The notes under the pieces were generated by a model. It searched no databases, was not told the origin of the DNA, and saw only the letters and a list, made by a program, of their open reading frames with translations. Of a stretch of DNA of 64,000 bases, positions 37,421 to 46,830 are shown piece by piece; positions within the stretch are counted from its first letter, which is position 1; every line of letters starts with the position of its first letter. The DNA comes from Gemmatimonadales bacterium (GTDB taxonomy: Bacteria > Gemmatimonadota > Gemmatimonadetes > Gemmatimonadales > GWC2-71-9), in NCBI GenBank assembly GCA_035518815.1, contig DATIXG010000072.1, positions 119,348 through 183,347 of the forward strand. Reading direction: 5' to 3'. The position numbers and the translations under genes were made by a program.

Positions 37421-40231
37421 ATGCCATCGTCTCCCGACTTCGTCGTCATTCGCAATGCGCGCCAGCACAATCTGCGCGGGGTGACCGTCCAGCTCCCACG
37501 GCGGGCCCTGACGGTCATCACCGGGCCGTCGGGCGCCGGGAAGAGCTCGCTCGCGTTCGACACGCTCTACGCCGAGGGCCAGCGGCGCTACATCGAGTCA
37601 CTGTCCACCTACGCGAAACAGTTCCTCGAGCGCATGCCCAAGCCGCTGGTGGACGGGATCGACGGGATCTCCCCAGCCGTGGCGATCGAGCAGAAAAATC
37701 CCACGACGACCAGCCGATCCACGGTGGGCACCGCCACCGAGGTCTACGACTTTTTGCGTCTCTTGTGGGCCCGCGTCGGGACCCCGTACTGCGTCAACTG
37801 CGGGAACGTGGTGAAGACCGATACGGTCCAAGAGGTGGTCGACGAGCTGGTGGGACCGGAGACGGGAGATGCGGCGCGGGGCGAGCCGGTGATCATCGCC
37901 TTCCCGCTGCCCCCCGCAGCGCACCGCCCGGACGTCGAAGTCGCTGCCCAGCTCCGGGCGGCGGGATTCGTGCGGGCCCAGCTTGACGGCGCCACCGTCC
38001 GGCTCGAAGAGCCCGACGCGGAGCGGCTGGTGCGCGACGCGAAAGAGGTCCTCGTGCTGGTGGATCGCCTGCCCGCGGACGCGCAGAGCCGGGGCCGCCT
38101 CGCCGATGCGGTCGCCACCGCCTTCAACGAGGGCGACGGCGTCGCGATCGCCCTGAAGAATGGGACGCGACGCCGCTTCTCCGAGCATCCTACGTGCTCG
38201 CACTGCGGGACGCCCGGTCCGGTCCTCGTGCCGACCCTGTTCTCGTTCAACAACCCCCGGGGCGCCTGCCCCGTCTGCAATGGCTTTGGCGCCGTCCTCG
38301 AATACGACGAATCGCTCATCATCCCCGACCCGGGCCGGTCCCTCGCCGACGGCGCGCTCGATCCGTGGACCAAGCCCCGCTACGAAGGACGACGCCGGAT
38401 CCTGCGTGAAACCGCGCGCACGCGGCGCATCGGCCTCGATCGGCCGTGGGCCGACCTCTCAGCCGGCGACCGGCAATTCCTCCTTCACGGCGCCGCTGGT
38501 CGGTACCTCGGCGTGTTCCCGTTCTTGAAGCGCCTCGAAGCAAAGCGGTACAAGCAGTACATCCGCGTGTTCCTGCGACAGTACCAGCTGGCCAAGACCT
38601 GTCCCACCTGCCGCGGCATGCGGCTCAAGCCGGAAGCCCTGGCTGTGCGAGTGGGGGACCTTTCCATCGCGGATGCCTCGCGCCTCACCGCCGCGGCCCT
38701 CTCGGCCTGGATCGCCGATCTCCACCTGTCCCCCTTCGGGCAAGCGGTCGCCGTGCATATCCTCGCCGAACTACGCGCGCGCTTGTCGTTCATCAACGAC
38801 GTGGGACTGGGGTACCTGACGCTCGACCGCCAGGCGCGTACCCTGTCGGGCGGCGAGGCGCAACGCATCGGGCTCGCGAACGCCCTCGGCTCGCACCTCG
38901 TGGACACGATCTATGTGCTCGACGAGCCATCCATCGGGCTTCACTCGGCGGACATCGAGCGGCTCATCGGGCTGTTGCGCCGCCTCGCAAACCAGGGAAA
39001 CACCGTCGTCGTGGTCGAGCACGATCCTGCAGCGATTCGAGCCGCCGACCACATGGTCGAACTCGGCCCCGGCAGCGGCGAGGCCGGAGGCCAGGTCGTC
39101 TTTCAGGGTCCGGTGGCGAGGATACGCGAAGCGGGAACGCTCACCGCGCAGTACCTGAGCGGCGAGAAGCGCATCGGCGTGCCCTCCGCCCGCCGGCCCA
39201 CGGGACCGGCATGGCTCCGGGTCCGCGGCGCCCGGCTCCACAACCTCAAGGGCGTCGATGTCCGCATCCCGCTCGCCACCCTGACCGTCGTCACCGGCGT
39301 GTCAGGGTCGGGCAAGTCCACCCTGGTCCACGATGTCCTGTACCGCCAGCTCGAGGCACGTCTCCACGGCGGCCACAGCGCCAAACAGCATCTCGGCGAG
39401 GAAGTCGGGGACGTAGCGGGCCTCGAGGGGTGGGAAGCGCTGGCGGACGTCGCGCTCATCGACCAGCAGCCGATTGGCCGAACGCCGCGCTCGAATCCCG
39501 TGACCTATGTGAAAGCGTTCGACGAGATTCGCGCGCTGTTCGCCGCGGAGCCACTCGCGCGCGCGCGCCGGTATACGGCCAGCACGTTCTCCTTCAACAT
39601 GGCCGGCGGCCGTTGCGAGACCTGTGAGGGCGCGGGCCACGTCCTCATCGACATGGTGTTCCTCGCGAACGTCTTCGTGCCCTGCGAGACGTGTGGTGGC
39701 ACGCGATTCAAGCGCGAGGTGCTGGACGTCAAGCTGCGCGGCCAATCGATCCACGATGTCCTCAACTGGACGGTGGATCACGCGCTCGAGCGTCTGCACC
39801 GCCAGGCGCGCCTCGCGCGCAGCCTGTGGCACCTGCAGCAGGTGGGGCTCGGGTACCTGCGCCTCGGTCAGCCCGCCACGACCTTGTCGGGAGGCGAGGC
39901 GCAGCGCCTGAAGATTGCCCGCGAGCTCGCGCTCGCGAGCGGCGGCAGAAAGCGCGGCCGCAAGCTGTACATCCTCGACGAGCCGACCACGGGCCTCCAC
40001 CTGGACGACGTCCGCACGTTGTGCCGCGTTCTCGACCGCCTGGCCGATGCGGGTCACACGGTGCTGGTGATCGAGCATCACCTGGACGTCATCAAGCGCG
40101 CCGACTGGGTCATCGACCTCGGACCGGGCGCGGGGGAGGCGGGCGGGCGCGTGGTTGCCCAGGGCGCTCCGGAGGCCATCGCACGCGCGCCGGACTCGAT
40201 TACCGGGCGCTATTTGCAGGATTTGACGTGA
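37421..40231 (+). CDS. uvrA: Excinuclease ABC subunit A
   Basis: ORF 37271..40231. MPSSPDFVVIRNARQHNLRGVTV..TGPSGAGKSSLAFDTLYAEGQRRYIESLS at ATG 37421 gives 936 aa. Zinc modules CVNCG, CSHCG..CPVCNGFG and CETCEGAG..CETCGG. Two ABC signatures. Confidence 0.9.
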   Translation: MPSSPDFVVIRNARQHNLRGVTVQLPRRALTVITGPSGAGKSSLAFDTLYAEGQRRYIESLSTYAKQFLERMPKPLVDGIDGISPAVAIEQKNPTTTSRSTVGTATEVYDFLRLLWARVGTPYCVNCGNVVKTDTVQEVVDELVGPETGDAARGEPVIIAFPLPPAAHRPDVEVAAQLRAAGFVRAQLDGATVRLEEPDAERLVRDAKEVLVLVDRLPADAQSRGRLADAVATAFNEGDGVAIALKNGTRRRFSEHPTCSHCGTPGPVLVPTLFSFNNPRGACPVCNGFGAVLEYDESLIIPDPGRSLADGALDPWTKPRYEGRRRILRETARTRRIGLDRPWADLSAGDRQFLLHGAAGRYLGVFPFLKRLEAKRYKQYIRVFLRQYQLAKTCPTCRGMRLKPEALAVRVGDLSIADASRLTAAALSAWIADLHLSPFGQAVAVHILAELRARLSFINDVGLGYLTLDRQARTLSGGEAQRIGLANALGSHLVDTIYVLDEPSIGLHSADIERLIGLLRRLANQGNTVVVVEHDPAAIRAADHMVELGPGSGEAGGQVVFQGPVARIREAGTLTAQYLSGEKRIGVPSARRPTGPAWLRVRGARLHNLKGVDVRIPLATLTVVTGVSGSGKSTLVHDVLYRQLEARLHGGHSAKQHLGEEVGDVAGLEGWEALADVALIDQQPIGRTPRSNPVTYVKAFDEIRALFAAEPLARARRYTASTFSFNMAGGRCETCEGAGHVLIDMVFLANVFVPCETCGGTRFKREVLDVKLRGQSIHDVLNWTVDHALERLHRQARLARSLWHLQQVGLGYLRLGQPATTLSGGEAQRLKIARELALASGGRKRGRKLYILDEPTTGLHLDDVRTLCRVLDRLADAGHTVLVIEHHLDVIKRADWVIDLGPGAGEAGGRVVAQGAPEAIARAPDSITGRYLQDLT

Positions 40232-41103
40232 CCAGCCGCCGGGCCGATCTCGTCCTCGTCCTCGCCAACCTCGTGTGGGGAGTGAGTTTCGTCGTTGTAA
40301 AGGAAGCGTTGGCGGCGAGCACGCCGCTGGCGTTCACCGCGCTCCGGTTCGCCATCGCCGCCCTCGTGCTCATGCCCTTCACCACCTTCCGAGCGCCCTG
40401 GTCGCGGTCCGAGCTGGTCGCCGGGGCCCTGCTGGGCAGCCTGCTCGCGATCGGGTTCGCCATGCAGGCCGTCGGACTCGTGTCCACGACCCCGTCGCGC
40501 TCCGCCTTCATCGTCGCGACGTCGGCCGTGCTCGCCGCCGCGCTCGCGTTCGTGGTGGTCCGCGAGCGCCCACGCCTCGCGGTCTTTGTGGCGCTCGGGC
40601 TCGCAGCGCTCGGGATGTACTTGCTGACCGCCCCCGGGCCGGGGGGCGTGAACCGCGGCGACCTGCTCACGGGAATCACCGCGGTGTGCTTTGGCGGCCA
40701 GATCGTCGCCGTGACGCATGCGTCCCGTCGCTACAACCCGTTGCGTCTCGTGTGGATGCAAACTGTCGTCACATCCGTGGGCGCGGCGCTCGCCGCGCGG
40801 ATATGGGAGGACAGCGCCATTCACTGGAACGTGTCGTTCGCGGCGGCGCTCGCCTATGCCGCGGTGTTCGCGACAGCGCTCGCGCTCCTGTGGCAGATGC
40901 GCGCGCAGCAGTTCATGACGTCGTCGCGCGCCGCGCTGATCTTTTGCCTCGAGCCGGTCTTCGCTGCCTTCACGTCGTGGCTGTGGCTGGGCGAGCGGCT
41001 GTCGCTCGGGCAGTGGGCCGGCGGCTTCCTGATCCTCGGCGGGATGATTCTCGCCGAGTTGCCGTTTGACACGTCCGTCCCAGTCCGTGATACTGGAGCG
41101 TGA
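40228..41103 (+). CDS. EamA/DMT family transporter
   Basis: In-frame part of ORF 39691..41103. GTG 40228 (GTGA overlap with uvrA). Ten predicted TM helices. Starts LANLVWGVSFVVVKEAL. Confidence 0.8.
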   Translation: MTSRRADLVLVLANLVWGVSFVVVKEALAASTPLAFTALRFAIAALVLMPFTTFRAPWSRSELVAGALLGSLLAIGFAMQAVGLVSTTPSRSAFIVATSAVLAAALAFVVVRERPRLAVFVALGLAALGMYLLTAPGPGGVNRGDLLTGITAVCFGGQIVAVTHASRRYNPLRLVWMQTVVTSVGAALAARIWEDSAIHWNVSFAAALAYAAVFATALALLWQMRAQQFMTSSRAALIFCLEPVFAAFTSWLWLGERLSLGQWAGGFLILGGMILAELPFDTSVPVRDTGA

Positions 41104-41654
41104 ACGTCCTCTTGGTCGAAGACGAGGGTGCGACCCGCTTGATGCTGGGTGGTGTGCTCAGGGCCCAGGGCCATCACGTGTTGGACGCGGAGGACGGAAG
41201 CCAGGCCTGGGACATCTGGCAGCTGTCGGCGCCCCGCGTGGTCGTCGCGGACTGGTTGATGCCAGAACTCGACGGCCTCGAGCTGTGCCGCCGGATCCGC
41301 CGCACCCACGGCCGGCCGTATACGTACTTCATCTTGCTGACCTCGCGCAGCGGTTTGGAATCCTTCCTCGAAGCGATGCAAGCGGGCGTCGACGATTTCA
41401 TCACCAAGCCCCCGCGCCCCGACGAGCTCGCGGCGCGCCTGGGCGTCGCCGAGCGGATCCTCGGCCTCCGCGCCGAGCTGCTCGCCCTCGAAGGCCTGCT
41501 CGCGGTCTGCAGCTATTGCAAGCGGATTCGCGACGGCGACCGTGGGTGGAGCCCGCTCGAGCGCTACGTCGAGGCGCATTCCAAGGCCGAGTTCACCCAC
41601 GGCGTGTGCCCGGATTGCTACGAGAAATTCTTGAAGCCCCAGATCGACGGCTGA
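41100..41654 (+). CDS. Response regulator receiver with C-terminal four-Cys tail
   Basis: 184 aa. VLLVEDEG, VVVADWLMPELDG and ITKP form an intact receiver. The tail is CSYCKRIRDGDRGWSPLERYVEAHSKAEFTHGVCPDCYEKF. Confidence 0.85.
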   Translation: MNVLLVEDEGATRLMLGGVLRAQGHHVLDAEDGSQAWDIWQLSAPRVVVADWLMPELDGLELCRRIRRTHGRPYTYFILLTSRSGLESFLEAMQAGVDDFITKPPRPDELAARLGVAERILGLRAELLALEGLLAVCSYCKRIRDGDRGWSPLERYVEAHSKAEFTHGVCPDCYEKFLKPQIDG

Positions 41655-41709
41655 CCCCCAAACCCGGGTTGATCCAGGGTTGGGTGGCCGCGATATTTGA
41701 GCGCCGTAT

Positions 41710-41782
41710 TCCCGAGTAGCTCAGTTGGTAGAGCAGCCGGCTGTTAACCGGCGGGTCGCAGGTTCGAGTCCTGCCTCGGGAG
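41710..41782 (+). tRNA. tRNA-Asn (anticodon GTT)
   Basis: Hand-folded cloverleaf: acceptor TCCCGAG/CTCGGGA, D arm GCTC-AGTTGGTA-GAGC, anticodon arm GCCGG-CTGTTAA-CCGGC, T arm GCAGG-TTCGAGT-CCTGC, discriminator G. No encoded CCA. Confidence 0.9.
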
Positions 41783-41789
41783 TTTCCCT

Positions 41790-41828
41790 CCGCAAATGCC
41801 GCAAATGCGCCCTGCGGTGCCGCAAAAA
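41790..41828. repeat. Tandem 9-mer CCGCAAATG x2 plus a third degenerate copy CCGCAAAAA just 3' of tRNA-Asn
   Basis: CCGCAAATG at 41790-41798 and 41799-41807. CCGCAAAAA at 41820-41828. Confidence 0.5.
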
Positions 41829-41954
41829 CACCCTACGACCGGACCCTGTGACCGCGTATCAGTAGAGCGCGACCGTTCCGCCATGGAACCGGGTCGGCCA
41901 CGCGACCCTGCACGCACCCGATTCCGGAGCGCTCCTCGGCATGCTACTGGTGGA

Positions 41955-43898
41955 ATGACCTCTCCTCACACCGCGCCCGTCCCACCTGTCGTGCGCATCG
42001 TGTTCGTCGAGGAGAGTCCCACCGACGCGGACCTCGTGCTGCGGCACCTCGAGCGGGCGGGTATGGGCGGCGAGCTGCGCCGGGTCGACACCGAGACTGC
42101 CCTCGTCCACGCCATCCGGGATTTTGTCCCGGACGTGATCCTCACGGATCATGCGCTGCCCGAGTTCAGTGCGGACGATGCGCTGCGCATCACGCAGCGC
42201 GACGCGCCGCAGACGCCCGTGATCGTCGTGACCGGCAGTCTCGATGATGAGACCGCGGCGGGCTACATCAAAGCGGGCGCCGCGGACTACGTGCTGCGAA
42301 CGAACCTCAGCCGGCTGCCGAGCGCTATCTCGCGCGCGCTCGATCTGCGGCGGGCGCGCGAGCAGGAGGTCCGCTCGCAGGAGCTCCTGCGCCAGAGCGA
42401 GGAGCGCTATCGCACCCTGCTCGAGGGTGTGCACGACGTCGTCTTCGCGCTCGCGCCTGACGGCGTGATCACCGCCCTCTCCCCCGCCTTCGAGACGATG
42501 ACGGGCTGGGTGCCGCAGCGGTGGTTGGGGAGGCCGCTCGAGCAGCTCGTGCACCCGGATGACGTCCCGCTCGTGTTCGAGCTGATCGGACGCGTGATCC
42601 GCGGGGAGTCGCGCCCCACCAACCGGTTCCGGATCCGCACGAGCAACGGCGGCTACTGCGTGGGCGAAGTCGCGGCGACCCCCGAGCTTCGGGAGGGGCG
42701 CACCGTCGGCATCCTGGGCATCGCGCGTGACGTGACCGAGCGGCTCAACCTCGAGCAGCAGCTTCGTCAGGCGCAAAAGATGGAGGCCGTCGGCCGGCTC
42801 GCCGGCGGCGTGGCGCACGACTTCAACAACATCCTCACCGCCATCACCGGGTACGCGGACCTGCTGCTCGAGGACCTCGCGGCGAGCGACCCGCGGCGGC
42901 AGGACGTGGACGAGATTCGCAAGGCGTCGGCCCGCGCCGCGGGCCTCACCCGCCAGCTCCTGGCCTTCAGTCGCCAGCAGGTGATGCAGGTGCAGGCGCT
43001 CGACCTCAACACCCTCGTGCTCGAGACCGTGCAGATGCTGGGCAGGCTGCTCGGGGAAGACGTCCAAGTCGCGACCAGCCTGTCACCGGATCTCGGCGCG
43101 GTGAAGGCCGATCCCGGCCAGCTCGAGCAGGTGATCATGAACCTCGCCGTGAACGCCCGGGACGCCATGCCGCAGGGCGGCAAGCTGACATTCGAAACCG
43201 TGAACGTCGAGCTGGATGAGCTGTACAGCCGCGAGCACTTCCCGGCGGGCCCGGGATCGTACGTCATGCTGGCGGTGAGCGACACCGGCGTCGGCATGAG
43301 TGAGGACACCCAGGCGCACCTGTTCGAGCCGTTCTTCACGACCAAAGAGAAGGGCAAGGGGACGGGGCTCGGACTCGCGACCGTGTACGGCATCGTGAAA
43401 CAGACCGGCGGGTTCATCTGGGTCTATACGGAGCTCGGGCACGGATCCACATTCAAGATCTACCTCCCACGGGCCGCGGAGTCGCCGCAACCCCGCTGGC
43501 ACGCGACCCCCGCCGGCCCGGCGGACGGCTCCGAAACCGTGCTCGTCGCCGAAGACGAGGCCGCCGTCCGCGGGGTGGCGCGCCAGGCGCTCAGGCGCCA
43601 TGGGTACACGGTGCTCGAAGCCCCGAGCGCGGAGGCGGCACTGGACGTCGCCTCGCGTCACTCCGGCACCATCCATCTGCTGCTCACCGATGTCGTGATG
43701 CCGGGCATGAGCGGCCGCGACCTTGCGCGGCGGCTCGCGGACCAGCGGCCCGATCTGCGCGTCATTTACATGTCGGGATACACCGAGGACGCGATCACAC
43801 GCCACGGCGTGCTCGAGCCGGGTCTCGTATACGTGCAAAAACCGTTCAGCCCCGAGGCGCTGGCGCGCCGGGTGCGTGAGGTGTTGGACGCGAAGTAG
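41955..43898 (+). CDS. Hybrid sensor histidine kinase (REC-PAS-HisKA-HATPase-REC)
   Basis: ORF 41796..43898. Start probably ATG 41955. N-terminal receiver (VILTDHALPEFSA), PAS, H-box GGVAHDFNNILTAI, N/G boxes (NLAVNARDAM, DTGVGM, GKGTGLGLATVYG) and a C-terminal receiver (LLLTDVVMPGMSG). Confidence 0.85.
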   Translation: MTSPHTAPVPPVVRIVFVEESPTDADLVLRHLERAGMGGELRRVDTETALVHAIRDFVPDVILTDHALPEFSADDALRITQRDAPQTPVIVVTGSLDDETAAGYIKAGAADYVLRTNLSRLPSAISRALDLRRAREQEVRSQELLRQSEERYRTLLEGVHDVVFALAPDGVITALSPAFETMTGWVPQRWLGRPLEQLVHPDDVPLVFELIGRVIRGESRPTNRFRIRTSNGGYCVGEVAATPELREGRTVGILGIARDVTERLNLEQQLRQAQKMEAVGRLAGGVAHDFNNILTAITGYADLLLEDLAASDPRRQDVDEIRKASARAAGLTRQLLAFSRQQVMQVQALDLNTLVLETVQMLGRLLGEDVQVATSLSPDLGAVKADPGQLEQVIMNLAVNARDAMPQGGKLTFETVNVELDELYSREHFPAGPGSYVMLAVSDTGVGMSEDTQAHLFEPFFTTKEKGKGTGLGLATVYGIVKQTGGFIWVYTELGHGSTFKIYLPRAAESPQPRWHATPAGPADGSETVLVAEDEAAVRGVARQALRRHGYTVLEAPSAEAALDVASRHSGTIHLLLTDVVMPGMSGRDLARRLADQRPDLRVIYMSGYTEDAITRHGVLEPGLVYVQKPFSPEALARRVREVLDAK

Positions 43899-43907
43899 GG
43901 ACCGCGC

Positions 43908-46769
43908 CTACGGCTGGTCGAGCATCTCCCTCACGCGGGCGAGCAGATCCGCCGGCGTCCACGGTTTGTCGAGCACCGGCACGCCCAGCTCGGGCGGAAG
44001 GTTGCCGCGGTCGTCGCCGGGTGAATACCCGCTCACGAACAGGAACGGCGTGTCTCTGCGGTCGCGGCGCACGGCGTCATAGAGCCCGCGGCCGCCGAGT
44101 CGCGGCATCACGAGATCCGAGAGCACGAGATGAATCGGGCTCGATTGACCACGGATCGCCTCGAGTGCCTCCAGTCCGTCTGCCGCGGTGAGCACCTGAT
44201 AGCCCGCCTGCTCCAGGACCCGCTTTGCGGCGCGGCGCAGGTCGCCTTCGTCCTCCACGACCAGGATGGTCTCCTGCCCCCCCGGCACCGCGGCGTCGCG
44301 CCCCACGCGCGGCGCCTTCGCGGTGGCCTTGGTCGCGCTCGCCGGGAAGTACAGTGCGATCCGTGTCCCTTCGCCCGGACGCGAGTCGACGTCGATCGCC
44401 CCGCCCTGCTGCTTGACCAGCCCGTACACCGTTGCCATGCCGAGCCCCGTGCCTTTCCCGCTCGGTTTTGTCGTGAAGAATGGCTCGAACACCCGGCGCC
44501 GCGTGGCCTCGTCCATGCCTACCCCGGTGTCCTCCACCACGAGGGACGTCCAGGCGGGGGCGGTGGACACCCCGGAGGCGACCCGTCGCTCCTCGGACAG
44601 CGTCGCCGCGGCCGCCGTGATCCGGAGCGTGCCCCCTTGTGCCATCGCGTCGCGCGCGTTCGTGACCAGGTTGAACACGATCTGCTCCACGGCGTGGACG
44701 TCGGCCCGGACCTCGGGCACCCCTTCCCCTGCGCTCACCACGAGCTCGATGTCGGCCGGGAGGATGCGGCGCAGCATGCCCGACATGCCGCCGACCACTC
44801 GGCCGATGTCAACCGGCTGGAGGTCGAGCGTCGAGCGGCGGGCAAAGTCCAACAACTCTCTAACCATCACGCGGCCGCGCAGCGCCGCCGAGATCAAGTC
44901 GCCCAGATCGGATTGCTCCACCATGCGCTCGGGTCCGAGCGCCTTCCGGATCAGCTCCGCGTTGGCAAGGATGATCGTGAGCAGGTTGTTGAAATCGTGA
45001 GCGATCCCCCCCGTCAGCTGCCCGAGGGCCTCGATTTTCTGCGACTGCCGGACCTGCTCCTCCAGCGCCCGACGCTCCGTCACATCCTCCACGACCGTCT
45101 CGAAGGTCTCGATGGTGCCGTCCGCCATCCGCACCGCGCGCCCGCTCAACCGGACGATGATGCGACTGCGGTCCCGGCGCTTCCAGGTGACTTCAAGGCC
45201 GCGGATGCTGTCGGCCGCGTCGAACTGCGCGAGCACGTGCGGGCGCTCAGCGGGGTCGGCGTAGATGTCGCTTTCGAGATCCAGCGCCAGCAGCTGCGCC
45301 TCCGAGTCGTAGCCGAGCATCGCCACGAGCGCCGGGTTGGCCGACAGGATCCGGCCGGCGAGAGTCGACCGGTAGATGCCGTAGGTCGTGTACTGCAGGA
45401 CCACGCGGTTGTTCTCTTCCGAACGGCGGAGCGCCTCCTCGGCGCGCCGGCTATCGGTCACATCGTTCGCGACGCCGAATACCCCCGCGAGGGCGCCGTC
45501 CGCGTCGCGTAGCGGCGCGTAGGACACCTCGAAGGTGAAGCCGAAGACGTCGACCGTGGACGTGAACGACTCGCCGGCGAGCGCGCGGCGAACCTCGGCG
45601 AGGGTTTGCGGGGAGTCGGCGTACACCTGGAACACCGACTGGCCCAGCAGCTGCGCGGGGCGCAGGCCCAACGCGTCGAGCCCCTTCCCCTCGGCGAGCG
45701 TAAACACCCCTTGCCGATCCAGCGTGAACAGCACGAGCGGAACGCTCGCGACCAACGTGCGGAGCCGTTCCTTGCTCTGGCGCAGCGCCCGCTCCTGCGC
45801 GCGTCGTTCGGTCACGTCGCGCGAATTCACGACGAAGCTCATCGCGCCGCCGGTGCCCCGGCGCGCCTGCCCGACCGACTCAAGCACGCACCAACGCCCA
45901 TCGTTCAGCCGGAAGCGAAACTCGGCCATGTGCGGAGTTCCCGGCTCCGCGAGCGCTCGCCCGAGCGAGTCGGTCACCGCCGAGAGGTCGTCCGGGTGAA
46001 TGAGCTCGAACACGTTCCGCCCGATCAACTCGCTCGGCGCATATCCCAGGAGCCGCTGCACCGACGGGCTCGCAAAGCGGAAGATGCCGTCGTCGCCGAG
46101 GATGGTGATGATGTCGGAGGAGTTGTCGATCAGCGAACGGAAGTGCTCTTCGCTCTGCCGCAGCGCATCCTCCGTCCGCGCTCGATCGATCGCCGTCGCC
46201 AGAATGTGGGCGACGCCCTGCAGGACCTGGACTTCGTGGATCGAGAATGCGCGCCGCTCCGCCGTGTGGGCGCCGAGGAGGCCGAACGGACGGTCCTTCC
46301 CTTGAACGCTGACGGTCAGTCCGCTCACGACGCCGTGGTCCCTCAACAAGGGCGCCTGGCCGAACCGCACGTCCGTCGCCAGATCCTCGACCACGAGCGG
46401 AGTCGGCGAGCGGAGCGCGTACCCGGCGTGGGTGTCGGTATCAGCGGGAATGACGGTCCGACCCACACAGCCGTCCTGCCACCCGACTCCCGCCCGCAAG
46501 AGCAGCGTCCGGCTTTCCGGGCGGAATTCGAGGAGGCTCGCGTAGTCGACGTCGAGCACGCGCGCGACCAGGGCGACCGCGTCCTCCATCAAAGCGGAGA
46601 CGGAAGCACCGGCAAGCGCGCGCTGGCCGAGGTGCGCCACGGCCTCTTGCTGCCAGCCTGGGGCGCGCGTCTGCCCGTCACGTTCCTCATCCGGCCTGGT
46701 CCAACTACGGACCAGCCGCAAGCGTCCGACGCCCAACGGCTTCCCCCGTTCTCCGAAGTCACAGAACAT
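43908..46769 (-). CDS. Hybrid sensor histidine kinase (GAF, multiple PAS, HisKA-HATPase-REC)
   Basis: ORF 43908..46931. I prefer ATG 46769 as the start because 46770-46931 has lower GC and atypical composition. H-box GGIAHDFNNLLTII, then DTGVGMD, GKGTGLGMATVYG and receiver LVLSDLVMPRLGG. Confidence 0.8.
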   Translation of the reverse strand: MFCDFGERGKPLGVGRLRLVRSWTRPDEERDGQTRAPGWQQEAVAHLGQRALAGASVSALMEDAVALVARVLDVDYASLLEFRPESRTLLLRAGVGWQDGCVGRTVIPADTDTHAGYALRSPTPLVVEDLATDVRFGQAPLLRDHGVVSGLTVSVQGKDRPFGLLGAHTAERRAFSIHEVQVLQGVAHILATAIDRARTEDALRQSEEHFRSLIDNSSDIITILGDDGIFRFASPSVQRLLGYAPSELIGRNVFELIHPDDLSAVTDSLGRALAEPGTPHMAEFRFRLNDGRWCVLESVGQARRGTGGAMSFVVNSRDVTERRAQERALRQSKERLRTLVASVPLVLFTLDRQGVFTLAEGKGLDALGLRPAQLLGQSVFQVYADSPQTLAEVRRALAGESFTSTVDVFGFTFEVSYAPLRDADGALAGVFGVANDVTDSRRAEEALRRSEENNRVVLQYTTYGIYRSTLAGRILSANPALVAMLGYDSEAQLLALDLESDIYADPAERPHVLAQFDAADSIRGLEVTWKRRDRSRIIVRLSGRAVRMADGTIETFETVVEDVTERRALEEQVRQSQKIEALGQLTGGIAHDFNNLLTIILANAELIRKALGPERMVEQSDLGDLISAALRGRVMVRELLDFARRSTLDLQPVDIGRVVGGMSGMLRRILPADIELVVSAGEGVPEVRADVHAVEQIVFNLVTNARDAMAQGGTLRITAAAATLSEERRVASGVSTAPAWTSLVVEDTGVGMDEATRRRVFEPFFTTKPSGKGTGLGMATVYGLVKQQGGAIDVDSRPGEGTRIALYFPASATKATAKAPRVGRDAAVPGGQETILVVEDEGDLRRAAKRVLEQAGYQVLTAADGLEALEAIRGQSSPIHLVLSDLVMPRLGGRGLYDAVRRDRRDTPFLFVSGYSPGDDRGNLPPELGVPVLDKPWTPADLLARVREMLDQP

Positions 46770-46814
46770 CGCAAGTGACGATATTTCAGGCCGTTGCAAG
46801 AGACACCGTGGTGA

Positions 46815-46830
46815 TGTGATCCACATCACA
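46815..46830. promoter_or_regulatory. Perfect CRP/FNR-type palindrome TGTGA-N6-TCACA
   Basis: TGTGATCCACATCACA at 46815-46830, embedded in the 8-3-8 inverted repeat GTGATGTG-ATC-CACATCAC (46811-46829). About 50 bp upstream of the proposed kinase start at 46769. Confidence 0.5.

Noticed and set aside
41710-41828. Integration scar at tRNA-Asn
   Set aside because: The repeated 9-mers do not match the tRNA 3' end, and no recombinase gene is nearby.
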